Source: a virus. Taken from it: a stretch of DNA of 33,275 nt. Position 1 is the stretch's first letter. The number at the start of each line of letters is the position of its first letter. The notes under the pieces were generated by a model. It saw only the letters and a list, made by a program, of their open reading frames with translations, did no database searches and was not told the DNA's origin. The DNA lies in IMG/VR virus record IMGVR_UViG_3300027038_000027, one strand, 5' to 3'. Shown here in pieces: positions 1 to 9,931 of this stretch. The translations under genes were made by a program, and so were the position numbers.

Positions 1-1
1 T

Positions 2-1261
2 CAAATTGCTAAAGAGTTGGGAACCACGGTTGTTTCGTTAGGTGCTTATACGACAAGTCTGAATATTCTGCGTGGTCTTGATGAAGCGCATACAGCACAT
101 CAAATCAAATTATCTGGTACTTCTCGTGAAGCATTTATAAATGATCAAGACAAAATTCTCGAAAAACAGCTGGCGACTCTTAGTAAACAAGATCCGATGT
201 ATAATCAGTTGTTTGATAAATACAAGAGACAGTATCAAGATAATGTTGACGCATTTGGCGTGAGCATGGATGAAATAAACGCTTCGAGTAGAGAGGGATT
301 AACAGAACTGGCAGCTGTAGCCACAGAACAATTTGCGTTAATGCAAGAGAGCGGATTAACTTATTCTACAGATGTGTGGCAAACACAATTCAATAAAGTT
401 CAAGATGCGAGAATAGCCATTATCGGGTATGGTGAAACAACAACTCAGCAATTTGATAGGATTAAGGAAAGCACTGACAGAACGAGTAATGCTTTCAAGA
501 GTTGGTTAGCGAATACAGCCACTTTATCACAGAAAACAGCTCTTGGATTTGATGAAAATAATCGTGCAATACAAGACATGGCTGAAGAGACTCTTCATGC
601 AGCTGATGCTGTCCGTACTCTTACAGGAGAATGGATAAGTGCGGCTGAAGCGAAAGCCCGTGCAACGCAAAGTTTTACAAAAGAGTATAATGCAGCTCCA
701 CCACAGATTATAAAAATTATCGAATCAAATGCCCAAAATGTACGAAATCAGATTGAAGCATTGAGAGATTTGATTGATGCATATGATAATCGGCCGAAAA
801 GTGGGACTCCGGAGGTAATGGGACAAAGAATTGCTGAAATGCACGCGTGGGTCGACAATAAAGCGAAACTTGAATATCTTGAACGCAAAATGAGCGCTTT
901 TGAAAGTCAATCACGTAGTGGTAGTGGTGGTAGAGGTGGTGAAAGAGGTGGTGGAAATACGACAGATTATGATGATTACAGTAGTTCTTATGGAGGAAGT
1001 TCTCAAGCAGGAAGTACAGGAAGAAGTAGTCGTTACCAACCACCAGAAGGAGCAAGTAGTGGAGGAAGTTTTGTACGAAATCCTATCATGCCTGCAGCTC
1101 CGCCCCAACACTACTCGGTGACCGTGCAACCGGGAGCTGTGCAGCAACATTATCCGATTATGAAAGACAAGCAGGCGATGGACGAACTTGGCAGCATAGT
1201 TGGAGAAGCGGTCATGTTCCGTTTGAAGAACGCTGGGTGGAAGCCCAGCACGACGAAATAG
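2..1261 (+). CDS. tail tape measure protein, C-terminal part (gene continues upstream of window)
   Basis: The frame of the listed ORF 17..1261 is open to the window edge. The product is a long helical Gln/Ala/Glu-rich sequence ending in a Ser/Gly-rich low-complexity tract. It sits immediately upstream of the tail genes. Confidence 0.5.
   Translation, partial: QIAKELGTTVVSLGAYTTSLNILRGLDEAHTAHQIKLSGTSREAFINDQDKILEKQLATLSKQDPMYNQLFDKYKRQYQDNVDAFGVSMDEINASSREGLTELAAVATEQFALMQESGLTYSTDVWQTQFNKVQDARIAIIGYGETTTQQFDRIKESTDRTSNAFKSWLANTATLSQKTALGFDENNRAIQDMAEETLHAADAVRTLTGEWISAAEAKARATQSFTKEYNAAPPQIIKIIESNAQNVRNQIEALRDLIDAYDNRPKSGTPEVMGQRIAEMHAWVDNKAKLEYLERKMSAFESQSRSGSGGRGGERGGGNTTDYDDYSSSYGGSSQAGSTGRSSRYQPPEGASSGGSFVRNPIMPAAPPQHYSVTVQPGAVQQHYPIMKDKQAMDELGSIVGEAVMFRLKNAGWKPSTTK
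900..1080 (+). repeat. low-complexity Ser/Gly-rich coding repeat (agtggt/ggtggt units) inside the tape measure gene
   Basis: Seen directly: SGSGGRGGERGGG...SSSYGGSSQAGSTGRSS. The reverse-strand ORFs over this tract (717..1150) are artefacts of the repeat. Confidence 0.4.
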
Positions 1262-1263
1262 TC

Positions 1264-2883
1264 ATGCCGATCAAAGTTTTTGATCATACTGCCGTAACCG
1301 TATCCCTTGCTACGGTTGTAGACTTGGGCTCAAGTCAACAGATCATAGATTCTTTGACCGTGAATGACACTGGTGTCTTTGGTGTCTTTGCTATGAGTGC
1401 TGATGCCACTCAATCTACGGCGATAAACACTGGGGCAATCATACAAGGATCACAAATTGGAACACTTAACGTAAGTGGGGTAGGTGGCCTTCCTGAGAAT
1501 GCTAGAATTACGCAAATTCGTATACGCGTGCCATTTAGTGCTTCTATTCACATGACCGCGATTTCAACTATAACGATTAACGCAATGACACCACGTGGTC
1601 CAGATTTAGTTTTTATATATACTAATGCTCTTGTGTCTTTGGAGGGTCCTGACATTTCTTATGACTACGCTTACTCCGTAACAGATTCAGCTGATTTTAT
1701 TTGGGATGTCTCTGGCTTAGGCGTTGATCCTAGCTATATTACGTTTTCAGAATTACTTCTTTTGGGCAGAAAAGTTATACCATTTGATTATATTGATTCC
1801 GCTTATTCAGGTCCGATGTTTGCTGTTGAAGGTAATGGTGAAAGTCTTACAGTTCAGTTGAACTTAATACTTGTAGGTGGAAGTGGTGGGAACGAGTCGC
1901 ATTTAGATTTTAATTTGCAATATACAGGGGGATTTGAATTTGAAGTTACATATTATGAGGGTGTGGATATCACAAGTGCACTACCCATTCGGCATAGTGT
2001 GTTTGGTGGTAGCTTCATTAATCTTGCAGGCATAGGATTTGCGGAAAATGTTCAGGTATTTATCACCGGTGATAATAAGCTTGAAGATGCTGAAATAGAA
2101 CTTGAAGTAACCTGGGTGAGCTCTACGTCATTACTAATTATTGAATTACCGCCACATACTGCTGGATGGGTTGATATTCGTGTTGTCAATCCTGACATAG
2201 AAGGCGCAACTGATACACTTATCGACGGATTTCAGTATTCGTCGTTGATGTTGTTTGCTGTGGTTCCAATGCAAGCTGGTATTCTTGGCGGCGATATAGT
2301 TCGCCTTGACGGTGTTGATTTCGATAATCAGATGCAAATTTTCGTAGATGAAGTGAAAGTAGCGTCTGACAAAATTTCATATCGTGTAGGTTTTGACAAT
2401 AAACAACACGTCTTTATTGAGTTATTGCCACATGCAGCTGGGCTGGTAAATGTCCGTGTACAAAATCCAGATACGGACGATGTTCCTGGAGAGTTTGCAA
2501 CACTTGTGAACGGCCTCACATTTACAGCTCAAATCTCAACACCAGGTGCAGATGCTGGCGGTCCGGATACGGCGAAGGGGCCGATCCCAGCCAAAGTGAA
2601 GACCAAGGACGCAAAGTCAACACGCGGTCAAAATAACGGCACGCTCACATATGCGTGGACCGCTGACGCAAGTAATCCAGCGGCCACAAGTTTCACGGCT
2701 CCTGACCAGCTCATTACTGAAATCATCTTTCCGACGTATGCGCCTGGCACATACCGTTTCGTATTGACCGTCACAGACGAGGGTGGAAGTTTTCATGCCT
2801 CCTCAACGCGTATTATCGTGGTCCCTGAAGCCACAAAGCCGCGCATTCGGATGAACAGCTTGTCACTTTCGCTTGGTGAATAA
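1264..2883 (+). CDS. minor tail protein with Ig-like domains (IPT/TIG-like and PKD-like); distal-tail-protein candidate
   Basis: The ATG lies 3 nt after the upstream stop; the ORF track shows a GTG at 1237 as an alternative start. VFITGDNKLEDAEIELEVTW...VDIRVVNPD and FDNQMQIFVDEVKV...VNVRVQNPD fit IPT/TIG patterns. LTYAWTAD...PGTYRFVLTVTDEGG fits a PKD-like Ig domain. Confidence 0.5.
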   Translation: MPIKVFDHTAVTVSLATVVDLGSSQQIIDSLTVNDTGVFGVFAMSADATQSTAINTGAIIQGSQIGTLNVSGVGGLPENARITQIRIRVPFSASIHMTAISTITINAMTPRGPDLVFIYTNALVSLEGPDISYDYAYSVTDSADFIWDVSGLGVDPSYITFSELLLLGRKVIPFDYIDSAYSGPMFAVEGNGESLTVQLNLILVGGSGGNESHLDFNLQYTGGFEFEVTYYEGVDITSALPIRHSVFGGSFINLAGIGFAENVQVFITGDNKLEDAEIELEVTWVSSTSLLIIELPPHTAGWVDIRVVNPDIEGATDTLIDGFQYSSLMLFAVVPMQAGILGGDIVRLDGVDFDNQMQIFVDEVKVASDKISYRVGFDNKQHVFIELLPHAAGLVNVRVQNPDTDDVPGEFATLVNGLTFTAQISTPGADAGGPDTAKGPIPAKVKTKDAKSTRGQNNGTLTYAWTADASNPAATSFTAPDQLITEIIFPTYAPGTYRFVLTVTDEGGSFHASSTRIIVVPEATKPRIRMNSLSLSLGE

Positions 2884-3311
2884 TGGCGAAAACCACACTC
2901 TTTGCGAATGATTTGCTCAAGCTGATCTTCAATGCGATCCCAATGACTGGCTTGGCCGATGATGCCGTGTTGTTCACGGTCACCGCACTGACAGTTGCGC
3001 TGCACACGGATGATCCTGGTGTCGACGGTGATCAAACAACGTTCGAAGTGGATTACACCGGCTATGTGCGTATGGCGCTCGCTCGGAGTCCAGATGGATG
3101 GGTGGTGACCAATAACGAAGTCTCACCGACGAACAATATTGACTTTCCTGCATCTACGGGTGGCGCGGCCACGACTGCGACGTACGTATCGATTGGTACT
3201 GGCGTTGACGACAAAATGCTGTACAAGGGGCCGCTGATCCCACCGATCTACATTGCGCCTGATGCACCTGCACCACGCGTCACTACGGCAACCACTGTCT
3301 CCGAAGGATAA
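2883..3311 (+). CDS. hypothetical minor tail protein
   Basis: TAATG stop/start overlap with the upstream gene; clean ORF inside the tail module. Confidence 0.45.
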   Translation: MAKTTLFANDLLKLIFNAIPMTGLADDAVLFTVTALTVALHTDDPGVDGDQTTFEVDYTGYVRMALARSPDGWVVTNNEVSPTNNIDFPASTGGAATTATYVSIGTGVDDKMLYKGPLIPPIYIAPDAPAPRVTTATTVSEG

Positions 3312-3314
3312 ATC

Positions 3315-3719
3315 ATGGCATTAACTCCGAAACTTTCGAATGCGGGCGCAAATGCGGCGGCGGATGCCACATGCGCATTGCTCAACGGCGGCTATCTCGA
3401 CATCTATGATGGTGTGCAGCCAGCCACGGCCGATACGGCGGTTGGTGCGCAAGTCAAATTGGCCCGTCTGACATTTGGTACGCCAGCATTTAGCGCGGCA
3501 GCGGGTGGTGTGGCCACGGCGAACGCCATCGGGGCCGATGCGTCGGCCGACGCGACCGGCACGGCGTCGTGGTTCCGCGCCTGCACCGCGGGCGGCGCGG
3601 CCGTCTTCGACGGGAGCGTCGGCACGAGCGGCGCGAATCTGAATTTGAACACGACTTCGATTGCCATTACTGGTAACGTGGCGGTGTCCTCGCTGACGTA
3701 CACACAGTCGAAGGGTTAA
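3315..3719 (+). CDS. Ala/Gly-rich small tail-associated protein, hypothetical
   Basis: GAAGGA Shine-Dalgarno sequence 7 nt upstream. The segment is very GC-rich (about 65-70%) and encodes an Ala/Gly/Thr-rich product. The antisense ORFs listed here (3321..3896, 3404..3703) are GC-rich artefacts. Confidence 0.45.
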   Translation: MALTPKLSNAGANAAADATCALLNGGYLDIYDGVQPATADTAVGAQVKLARLTFGTPAFSAAAGGVATANAIGADASADATGTASWFRACTAGGAAVFDGSVGTSGANLNLNTTSIAITGNVAVSSLTYTQSKG

Positions 3720-3723
3720 AGAC

Positions 3724-6294
3724 ATGGCGAACTTGGTTGCGATTGCTACGGGAAATTTTCTCGATGCTACGACGTGGGGCGTAGTAGATGGTCCCTCTAG
3801 TGGGATTGCTGCTGGCTTTACGCTCACACTCACGGCATCGAACATAGATTCCTCAACATTCGTTCCAAGTGCAACTTCCATTATTGGAGTAGCCATCCAT
3901 CTTTACTCGCGTGCGGCTGGTTCCCCATCAAATACGATAACACTTACGCTTCGTAATTCGACCACATCAACAAACATCCAAAGTGTTACGGCCAATGTCA
4001 GTGACTTACCTGCTTGCACTGCTGGAACAGCCAGCGAAGGTGGTTGGCATTTCTTCAAGTTCGCCACGCCGCATACACCAAATGGCACAGACAGCTATGT
4101 CATAAGGTTGGTGCTCAGCGCAACTACCACAGCAGTTACCTTATGGTCTGTGGGAAATGGTAGTAACGTCGCGCGCTTTCTGGTCACTGCGACGACGCAA
4201 GTGCCTGCTGCTGGAGATGGAATGTATTTGGCGCAACAGCTTGATGGTGCGGCTAATCCAGCAACGCCATCAGGGTTCACCGTCACGATGAACCAAACGG
4301 CAGCGACCGACTATGGAACGATGGTGTCTAGTTCTGACCAGTCGGAAAATGTGATGAGTGTGTCAAAATCATGCACACTCGCGTTTGGGTCAGCAGCTTC
4401 AACGAATTATACGCTCCGCCTCTCTGGGAATATGGCGGTGTTTAGTGGCGGCACATTGACCATCGGCACAGTTGCTACTCCAATCCCTCGGACCAGCACG
4501 GCCACACTGGAATTCGATATGACTGCTGTCAATAGCATGTGGGGTCTCCAGTGTTTGAACGGCAGCACGGTCACCATGCAGGGACTCTCGCGGACATCTG
4601 GAAAGAATGTCTTTTGGGCATTGTTGACTGCGAATCTTGCGGCTGCTGGAGTGGCTGCCACTATTGATACCGACACTGGGTGGCTGAACGGTGATGCGGT
4701 TGGTTTTGCTCCAACTACTCGCACTCCAACTCAAAGCGATGAGGTGACGTTAAACGCAGATGCAACATCGACTGGTCTCGCATGGACTGGCGGTGTAACG
4801 AATGTTCATGCTGGATCAGTGACCGAACCAATGCAGGCTGAAGTGGTGCTCTTAACACGAAATGTGCGAGTGCGATCAACAAATGCCTCAAATGGCCTTT
4901 GCTGTCGAGCCGACGCAACGGCGACTCTGGATATTGATTGGGTAGATTTTCGCTATCTGGCGAGCGAGTTTGGACGGTCAGGATGGACAATCAACACTGG
5001 AACCGGTGGCTCAGCTAGCTTTGAATATTGTGTGTTTCGAGATTCACGACAACTCTGGGTCTTCACTATTATTGGCCCAGCGGGTACTGGCACTGTGATT
5101 ATCCAACATTGTGTTGGTTTTAAAGGATCTCAAGGATTCTTAAATATTCCTAATTTAGCGACGAACTCTAATCACATTTACAATGATTTAATCGCCATCA
5201 ATTATGTTGGTGCTGGTGGTGGTATTTTCGTTATTTCACATTTTGAAGCATCTGCTTACTCCAATTGGCGTGTGGCCGGAGGTGGTAGTACAAATGGTAT
5301 CCAGTTTAATAATGGCGTAGCAACTAATTTTGCTGGAAAAGCTACGTGGGGTCCATTTGTTGTGCATAGCGGCGGTGGTCTTGGTTTAGCACTCGTCAAT
5401 AGTGCTCCTTGTTCTAATGTACATATAGCCGATGTGCTCGCGTGGCGAAATACAACAGCAGGTGTGACTTTTTCTGGTTCATGGGTTCAAGTGCATTGGG
5501 ATCGTGTACGCGCATGGGGCAATGGCACTACAAATTTTGAATTTTCTAGCTCCTCACTCTCCTTGAATTGTGTGGGCTGTGTCTTTGATGAATTGGAGTT
5601 AGCTGGCGATACGGCCTTTAGCACTACTACCGGCATTGGGTTTTCAACTCAATTCCTCACACTTGAATTCTTTGTGAAGAAAGGAAATTTTGGAACTTCT
5701 AGCGGCGTTAAGACAACTCATGCTACTCAAGATATAAATGTCACATCCCCATTAGCGAGTGTGCGGGCATACATCAACAATTGCTTGTTCACCGCTGGCA
5801 CATTGTTCAATGCCACCAATCTCTATGGCGGATTTGGATCACGATGGCATTTCTCGCGCTTCAATCGGACCGCTGGCGATTTCCGCACTTACACACCGCA
5901 AGGCATTGCTCGGCGTGAAGTCACAACCACAGATGCAGGGGCTGGCTTAAAACTTACCCCATTGAGTGCTCTCGTCAAGCTGACGTCGAGTGCCCAAACA
6001 CCAGGAAGAGGGTTTCTTGTTCCGGTCGATAGCGGCCAAGCCGTCACTGTAACAGTGAAAGTTCGAAAGGATTCCAGTTATAATGGGAATGCTCCTCGAC
6101 TTGTCATGCTTGGTTCTAGTGGTGTGGTTAGCGACGTGGATGTGGTGGGCGACACCCTAAGTGTAGGTGTCGATACCTGGGAAACACTGACCTACACGAC
6201 TCCAACCACAACCGATGCTGGAGTCTTGGAGTTCATCGTGGATTGTGATGGCACCGCTGGTAATGTGTTTGTCGATACGTGGACGGCTGCCTAA
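3724..6294 (+). CDS. tail fiber/tailspike-like protein (Thr/Ser/Asn/Gly-rich, beta-solenoid-like repeats)
   Basis: 856 aa in the tail module, with repeated short N..G/V.V-type segments typical of beta-helix spikes. No catalytic motif was recognised. Confidence 0.5.
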   Translation: MANLVAIATGNFLDATTWGVVDGPSSGIAAGFTLTLTASNIDSSTFVPSATSIIGVAIHLYSRAAGSPSNTITLTLRNSTTSTNIQSVTANVSDLPACTAGTASEGGWHFFKFATPHTPNGTDSYVIRLVLSATTTAVTLWSVGNGSNVARFLVTATTQVPAAGDGMYLAQQLDGAANPATPSGFTVTMNQTAATDYGTMVSSSDQSENVMSVSKSCTLAFGSAASTNYTLRLSGNMAVFSGGTLTIGTVATPIPRTSTATLEFDMTAVNSMWGLQCLNGSTVTMQGLSRTSGKNVFWALLTANLAAAGVAATIDTDTGWLNGDAVGFAPTTRTPTQSDEVTLNADATSTGLAWTGGVTNVHAGSVTEPMQAEVVLLTRNVRVRSTNASNGLCCRADATATLDIDWVDFRYLASEFGRSGWTINTGTGGSASFEYCVFRDSRQLWVFTIIGPAGTGTVIIQHCVGFKGSQGFLNIPNLATNSNHIYNDLIAINYVGAGGGIFVISHFEASAYSNWRVAGGGSTNGIQFNNGVATNFAGKATWGPFVVHSGGGLGLALVNSAPCSNVHIADVLAWRNTTAGVTFSGSWVQVHWDRVRAWGNGTTNFEFSSSSLSLNCVGCVFDELELAGDTAFSTTTGIGFSTQFLTLEFFVKKGNFGTSSGVKTTHATQDINVTSPLASVRAYINNCLFTAGTLFNATNLYGGFGSRWHFSRFNRTAGDFRTYTPQGIARREVTTTDAGAGLKLTPLSALVKLTSSAQTPGRGFLVPVDSGQAVTVTVKVRKDSSYNGNAPRLVMLGSSGVVSDVDVVGDTLSVGVDTWETLTYTTPTTTDAGVLEFIVDCDGTAGNVFVDTWTAA

Positions 6295-9200
6295 ATGCCG
6301 CTAACACCGACTGATGGCTCTGGCACTTATTGGGCTGATGGGCTCCCGATTCTCATTGTTCGCAGAGCTACTGACAGCTCGAAACTAGTTGGCATATGGC
6401 TCGACGGATTACCATTCCTCGTCAACGATGAGTCGAGTGGAAGCACTGGCACGATCACGTTTGACGCGCCTGTTATTGGTGCCGCTGGAGCAGTAGCTAT
6501 TGCGGATATCACGGCAATTGGAGCCGTTGAAATCCTCGGTCCAGATATTATTGCAACGAGTTCCACGAGTATTATTGGTGGAAGCTCCAATGAAATTCCC
6601 GCTCTGGTTGTGTCTGCCACAGGTGCTGCGTGGAACGCACTGGGTACGGCGGCAATCCTTATTCCAAAATTTGCTTCGTCCGGTCTTGGCTCTACGCTTC
6701 CAGCTAGTAGTGTTCAAATTACTAAACCTGCCGTGTCTGCGGCTGGTGTTGTTGGCGCACCTGCAAACGTCACGTTCGGAGTACCACTCATTGAAGGGTC
6801 ACTTGGTGTTATTGGCCCCTCAACTGTTGAAATCGAAATCGCTCTGATTGAAGCGGTTGGTGAAATCTTTGACCCACCGGCTATCGCATTTGATGCTCCG
6901 CTCATAGAAGCGGTTGGCGAAGTTGACGCGTCACGTGGTGAACTGTTTAGCACGAGTGAGTTCAACGCAGTCGGGCAAGAAGGGCATTGGCCGGAATCTG
7001 CCACATTGCGTGCGATCGTCGAAGATGATGCCTGGGGTGGAACTTTAACATACGAGTGGTCGCAAGTATCCGGACCAGTAACCGCCACGATTGTCTCACC
7101 AACGAGCCCAAAGACGGAAGTCTTCTTTGAAGAAATCGCTGGGGTCTACATTTTCCAACTGCAAGTATCCCGTGAAGATGGTCTCGTGGGATCGGCGCTT
7201 ATGCGCGTGCGTATCTACACCAATGCCGTGCCAGAATCGGCGATTCTTACCGAAGATCCTGGCATTGTCACCCTCGAAGTGAACACAGTACTTCGTGCGG
7301 CTCAGATTGGTTCAACACGCATTTCCGATGGCATTGACCAAGTTAGTCGGTGCATGTTCACGCTCTATGATGGCGCGACACCGGATGTGGCGTTGATGAA
7401 CATCGGTGATGACATGGTGCTCAGTCGTTATGGCGAGCGGCTATTTGGTGGTGTGTGCCTTTCCTATTCTGTGACGGATAAAGAGGGCTATCCGTTTTAC
7501 AACGTGTCGGTGATCGGCTACGCATGGCATTTTCTACGCACGATCATCACCAAAACCTACACCAATTGGCCGTTGATGTCGATTGTCGCAGATCTACTCT
7601 CACAGTCCGTGGGCGGTATTACCATCGCTGATAACACGTCACTGTCAACACCAGATGCGCCAACACCACCAGCTACGCCGCAAAAAACGTTTGCCGAAGT
7701 GTTAGCGGACCTTCAAGCGGCGCATGTGTCCAACGCAGTGGTCGCACTTTATGGTGCGCGGATCGGACACAACGACGCAGTAGCACTTCAAGCGATGACG
7801 TCTGTGCCGGAGACCCAAGAGACACTCGGTAACGTGATTGGGCATGGCGATTTACGCGCACTCATCGGAATACCAGTGATTGGCGGTCCGGTGGCAGTGA
7901 CCGGGATCAGCATTGAATTTATCGATAAGAATATTGCTGAATGCTTAACGGAACTGACGAAATACGCGCGTGGCCTGCATTGGAAGGTGGACGCGTATAA
8001 AAAATTGCATTTCACGTCGTTAGAAATTGACCTCGATCCCGCACCGATCACAGTGACGCATCCGACGGTCAAGGATCTGTCCGTAACGCACACGATGGGC
8101 CAGAGTGCAAATCGGATGAAGATTTACTACACTGAGCCTTCACCGACTGAAGCCAATGGCGATAAAGTAGAGCAAGGCTCAGTGATCGGACCGATTGCGA
8201 AAGGCGCCACCAAAATCCAAGTGTCAAGTCTCGCTGGATTTAGTCCGACCGGTGGTATGACGACGATTAATGGACAAAAAGTGTCGTGGTCTGGCACGGC
8301 AGTTGTTCGTGCTGCTTCGGTGTATGACCGCGTGACATTTCTTTTAACACTTACACACGCGGTCGAAGGCGGTGAACTCGGTCAGGCACTTGCCGAAAGA
8401 CCGTCTTCTGATGGTGGTCGTGGGGTAACACCACCCGATGATGAACATCCTACAACGCATGGCCCAGGGGGTCCTTATAATCCACGCGGGTATTGGCTAT
8501 CGTTAAATACACCTGATGGTGAAACACCATTGATGCAGTACTTCGATAACGGTGCGTATATGCGCGAAGGTAATCTCTATCCAGTCAGTACGACGCACGG
8601 CATGGAGTATTGGTCAATTCATGAGCGGTCGATTGAAGTCACGGTGCTTGGTGTGAAGTATCAAGACGTGGTGCCGGATGATTTGGAAGCGCCTGCTCCG
8701 CGCACGGATCGTTGCACGCCCACCGCTGAGTCCACACCAGAAGATCGGCAAGCAGCCGCGTGGTCACGGGTGACAAGTATCAACGTATATCGTGATGGCA
8801 GACCGGTACTGATACCGGAAATGGCCATGAATCCTGCTGGAGCGTGGTTTCCAACAGGAGCCACGGTGCTAGCCGAATCGGAAAAATCCAAACCAGGTGA
8901 TGAAGATAAAACCATTTATCTCGTTGGTAGTTTACCGGCGCGTGGTGGCAAGTTTGTGGATAGTCAGCCTAAATGGGATCTAGGGCCTGTGGCCGAACCG
9001 CCATATCTGTATAAAGAACCGCGTAAATGTCCAGATGGCAGCAATCCGTGGGATCCGCCAAACACTTTTTTCTTGACTGGTGTGAAAACGCATCTACCAA
9101 AAGGGACGAGAGTTCCAACTGGTTTGGTAGTGAGTAGCGGCACGATGGTCGATGGCATCGTGACATCTGAGGAGGCCATTGTCATTGGCTTAGCGGTGGC

Positions 9201-9612
9201 TGTGACTACGGTCAGTCCGGACGTGAGTAAAACGTTCGTGATTGTTAATGATCTGGCGGCGCAACACGCGCTTGCGCTCCGGCTTTCGACGTCAGGTGGG
9301 GCCACGGATGCTGGTGTAATTGAGGCTGCGTTTGATGCTGGCACGAAAAGTCGTGACGATGCGACGGCGATTGGCGAAGAGTTTCTTCGTAATGCGCGGG
9401 TGATTGATACGACTTTGACCTGCACCATACAAGACGCGCGTGCGCAACCTGGACAAATACTCGATATGGACATGCCTGTGCCGTATGGCAAAGTAAGTCT
9501 CAAAATCCAGCAAATGGATATTAGTGGTTTTGAGCTAGGTGTTCGTCACGATCACAACATTACAGCGGCCACCGAGTTGGTGAGGATGGAAGACCTCTTG
9601 AAAGGAAGATAA
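6295..9612 (+). CDS. large tail fiber / host-specificity-like protein with a PKD-like Ig domain
   Basis: 1105 aa, with the ATG immediately after the upstream TAA. TYEWSQVSGPVTATIVSPTSPKTEVFFEEIAGVYIFQLQVSREDG fits a PKD-like domain. Internal approximately 20-aa repeats PLIEAVGE / ALIEAVGEI lie near 6780-6920. Confidence 0.5.
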   Translation: MPLTPTDGSGTYWADGLPILIVRRATDSSKLVGIWLDGLPFLVNDESSGSTGTITFDAPVIGAAGAVAIADITAIGAVEILGPDIIATSSTSIIGGSSNEIPALVVSATGAAWNALGTAAILIPKFASSGLGSTLPASSVQITKPAVSAAGVVGAPANVTFGVPLIEGSLGVIGPSTVEIEIALIEAVGEIFDPPAIAFDAPLIEAVGEVDASRGELFSTSEFNAVGQEGHWPESATLRAIVEDDAWGGTLTYEWSQVSGPVTATIVSPTSPKTEVFFEEIAGVYIFQLQVSREDGLVGSALMRVRIYTNAVPESAILTEDPGIVTLEVNTVLRAAQIGSTRISDGIDQVSRCMFTLYDGATPDVALMNIGDDMVLSRYGERLFGGVCLSYSVTDKEGYPFYNVSVIGYAWHFLRTIITKTYTNWPLMSIVADLLSQSVGGITIADNTSLSTPDAPTPPATPQKTFAEVLADLQAAHVSNAVVALYGARIGHNDAVALQAMTSVPETQETLGNVIGHGDLRALIGIPVIGGPVAVTGISIEFIDKNIAECLTELTKYARGLHWKVDAYKKLHFTSLEIDLDPAPITVTHPTVKDLSVTHTMGQSANRMKIYYTEPSPTEANGDKVEQGSVIGPIAKGATKIQVSSLAGFSPTGGMTTINGQKVSWSGTAVVRAASVYDRVTFLLTLTHAVEGGELGQALAERPSSDGGRGVTPPDDEHPTTHGPGGPYNPRGYWLSLNTPDGETPLMQYFDNGAYMREGNLYPVSTTHGMEYWSIHERSIEVTVLGVKYQDVVPDDLEAPAPRTDRCTPTAESTPEDRQAAAWSRVTSINVYRDGRPVLIPEMAMNPAGAWFPTGATVLAESEKSKPGDEDKTIYLVGSLPARGGKFVDSQPKWDLGPVAEPPYLYKEPRKCPDGSNPWDPPNTFFLTGVKTHLPKGTRVPTGLVVSSGTMVDGIVTSEEAIVIGLAVAVTTVSPDVSKTFVIVNDLAAQHALALRLSTSGGATDAGVIEAAFDAGTKSRDDATAIGEEFLRNARVIDTTLTCTIQDARAQPGQILDMDMPVPYGKVSLKIQQMDISGFELGVRHDHNITAATELVRMEDLLKGR

Positions 9613-9617
9613 CACTT

Positions 9618-9914
9618 ATGGCTGATGAACAATTACCACCTGAAACAGTAACCTACTGGGCGATTTCCATCTTTAACAGCAAGACGTTTTGGTGGAACGT
9701 GGCGAATTTCATTCCAGCGATGTTATCACTAACTGAAATCGTGCAGCTCATTCCAGTGCGCTTTATCGGAATACAGCTGGCTCTTGTGGCAGCAGTCAAT
9801 CTGTGGTTACGCACATCGACTATTCGACCTGTGGCGTTAATCAAACCCTTTGCGACAACCCCTATCAACGTGGATAAGATTGGGCCACCGGCGCCACCTG
9901 TTTTGACCGATTAG
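9618..9914 (+). CDS. small membrane protein (2-3 predicted TM helices); holin candidate
   Basis: GGAAG Shine-Dalgarno sequence upstream. Hydrophobic stretches NVANFIPAMLSLTEIVQLIP and FIGIQLALVAAVNLWL. Confidence 0.4.
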   Translation: MADEQLPPETVTYWAISIFNSKTFWWNVANFIPAMLSLTEIVQLIPVRFIGIQLALVAAVNLWLRTSTIRPVALIKPFATTPINVDKIGPPAPPVLTD

Positions 9915-9931
9915 AAGCAAGGAACGAAATA

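Noticed and set aside
3321-3896. Minus-strand ORFs 3321..3896 and 3404..3703 (also 10203..10827 and 717..1150)
   Set aside because: They are antisense to GC-rich or low-complexity coding regions of the tail genes. Open frames in high-GC DNA arise by chance, and their composition is Arg/Ala/Pro-rich.
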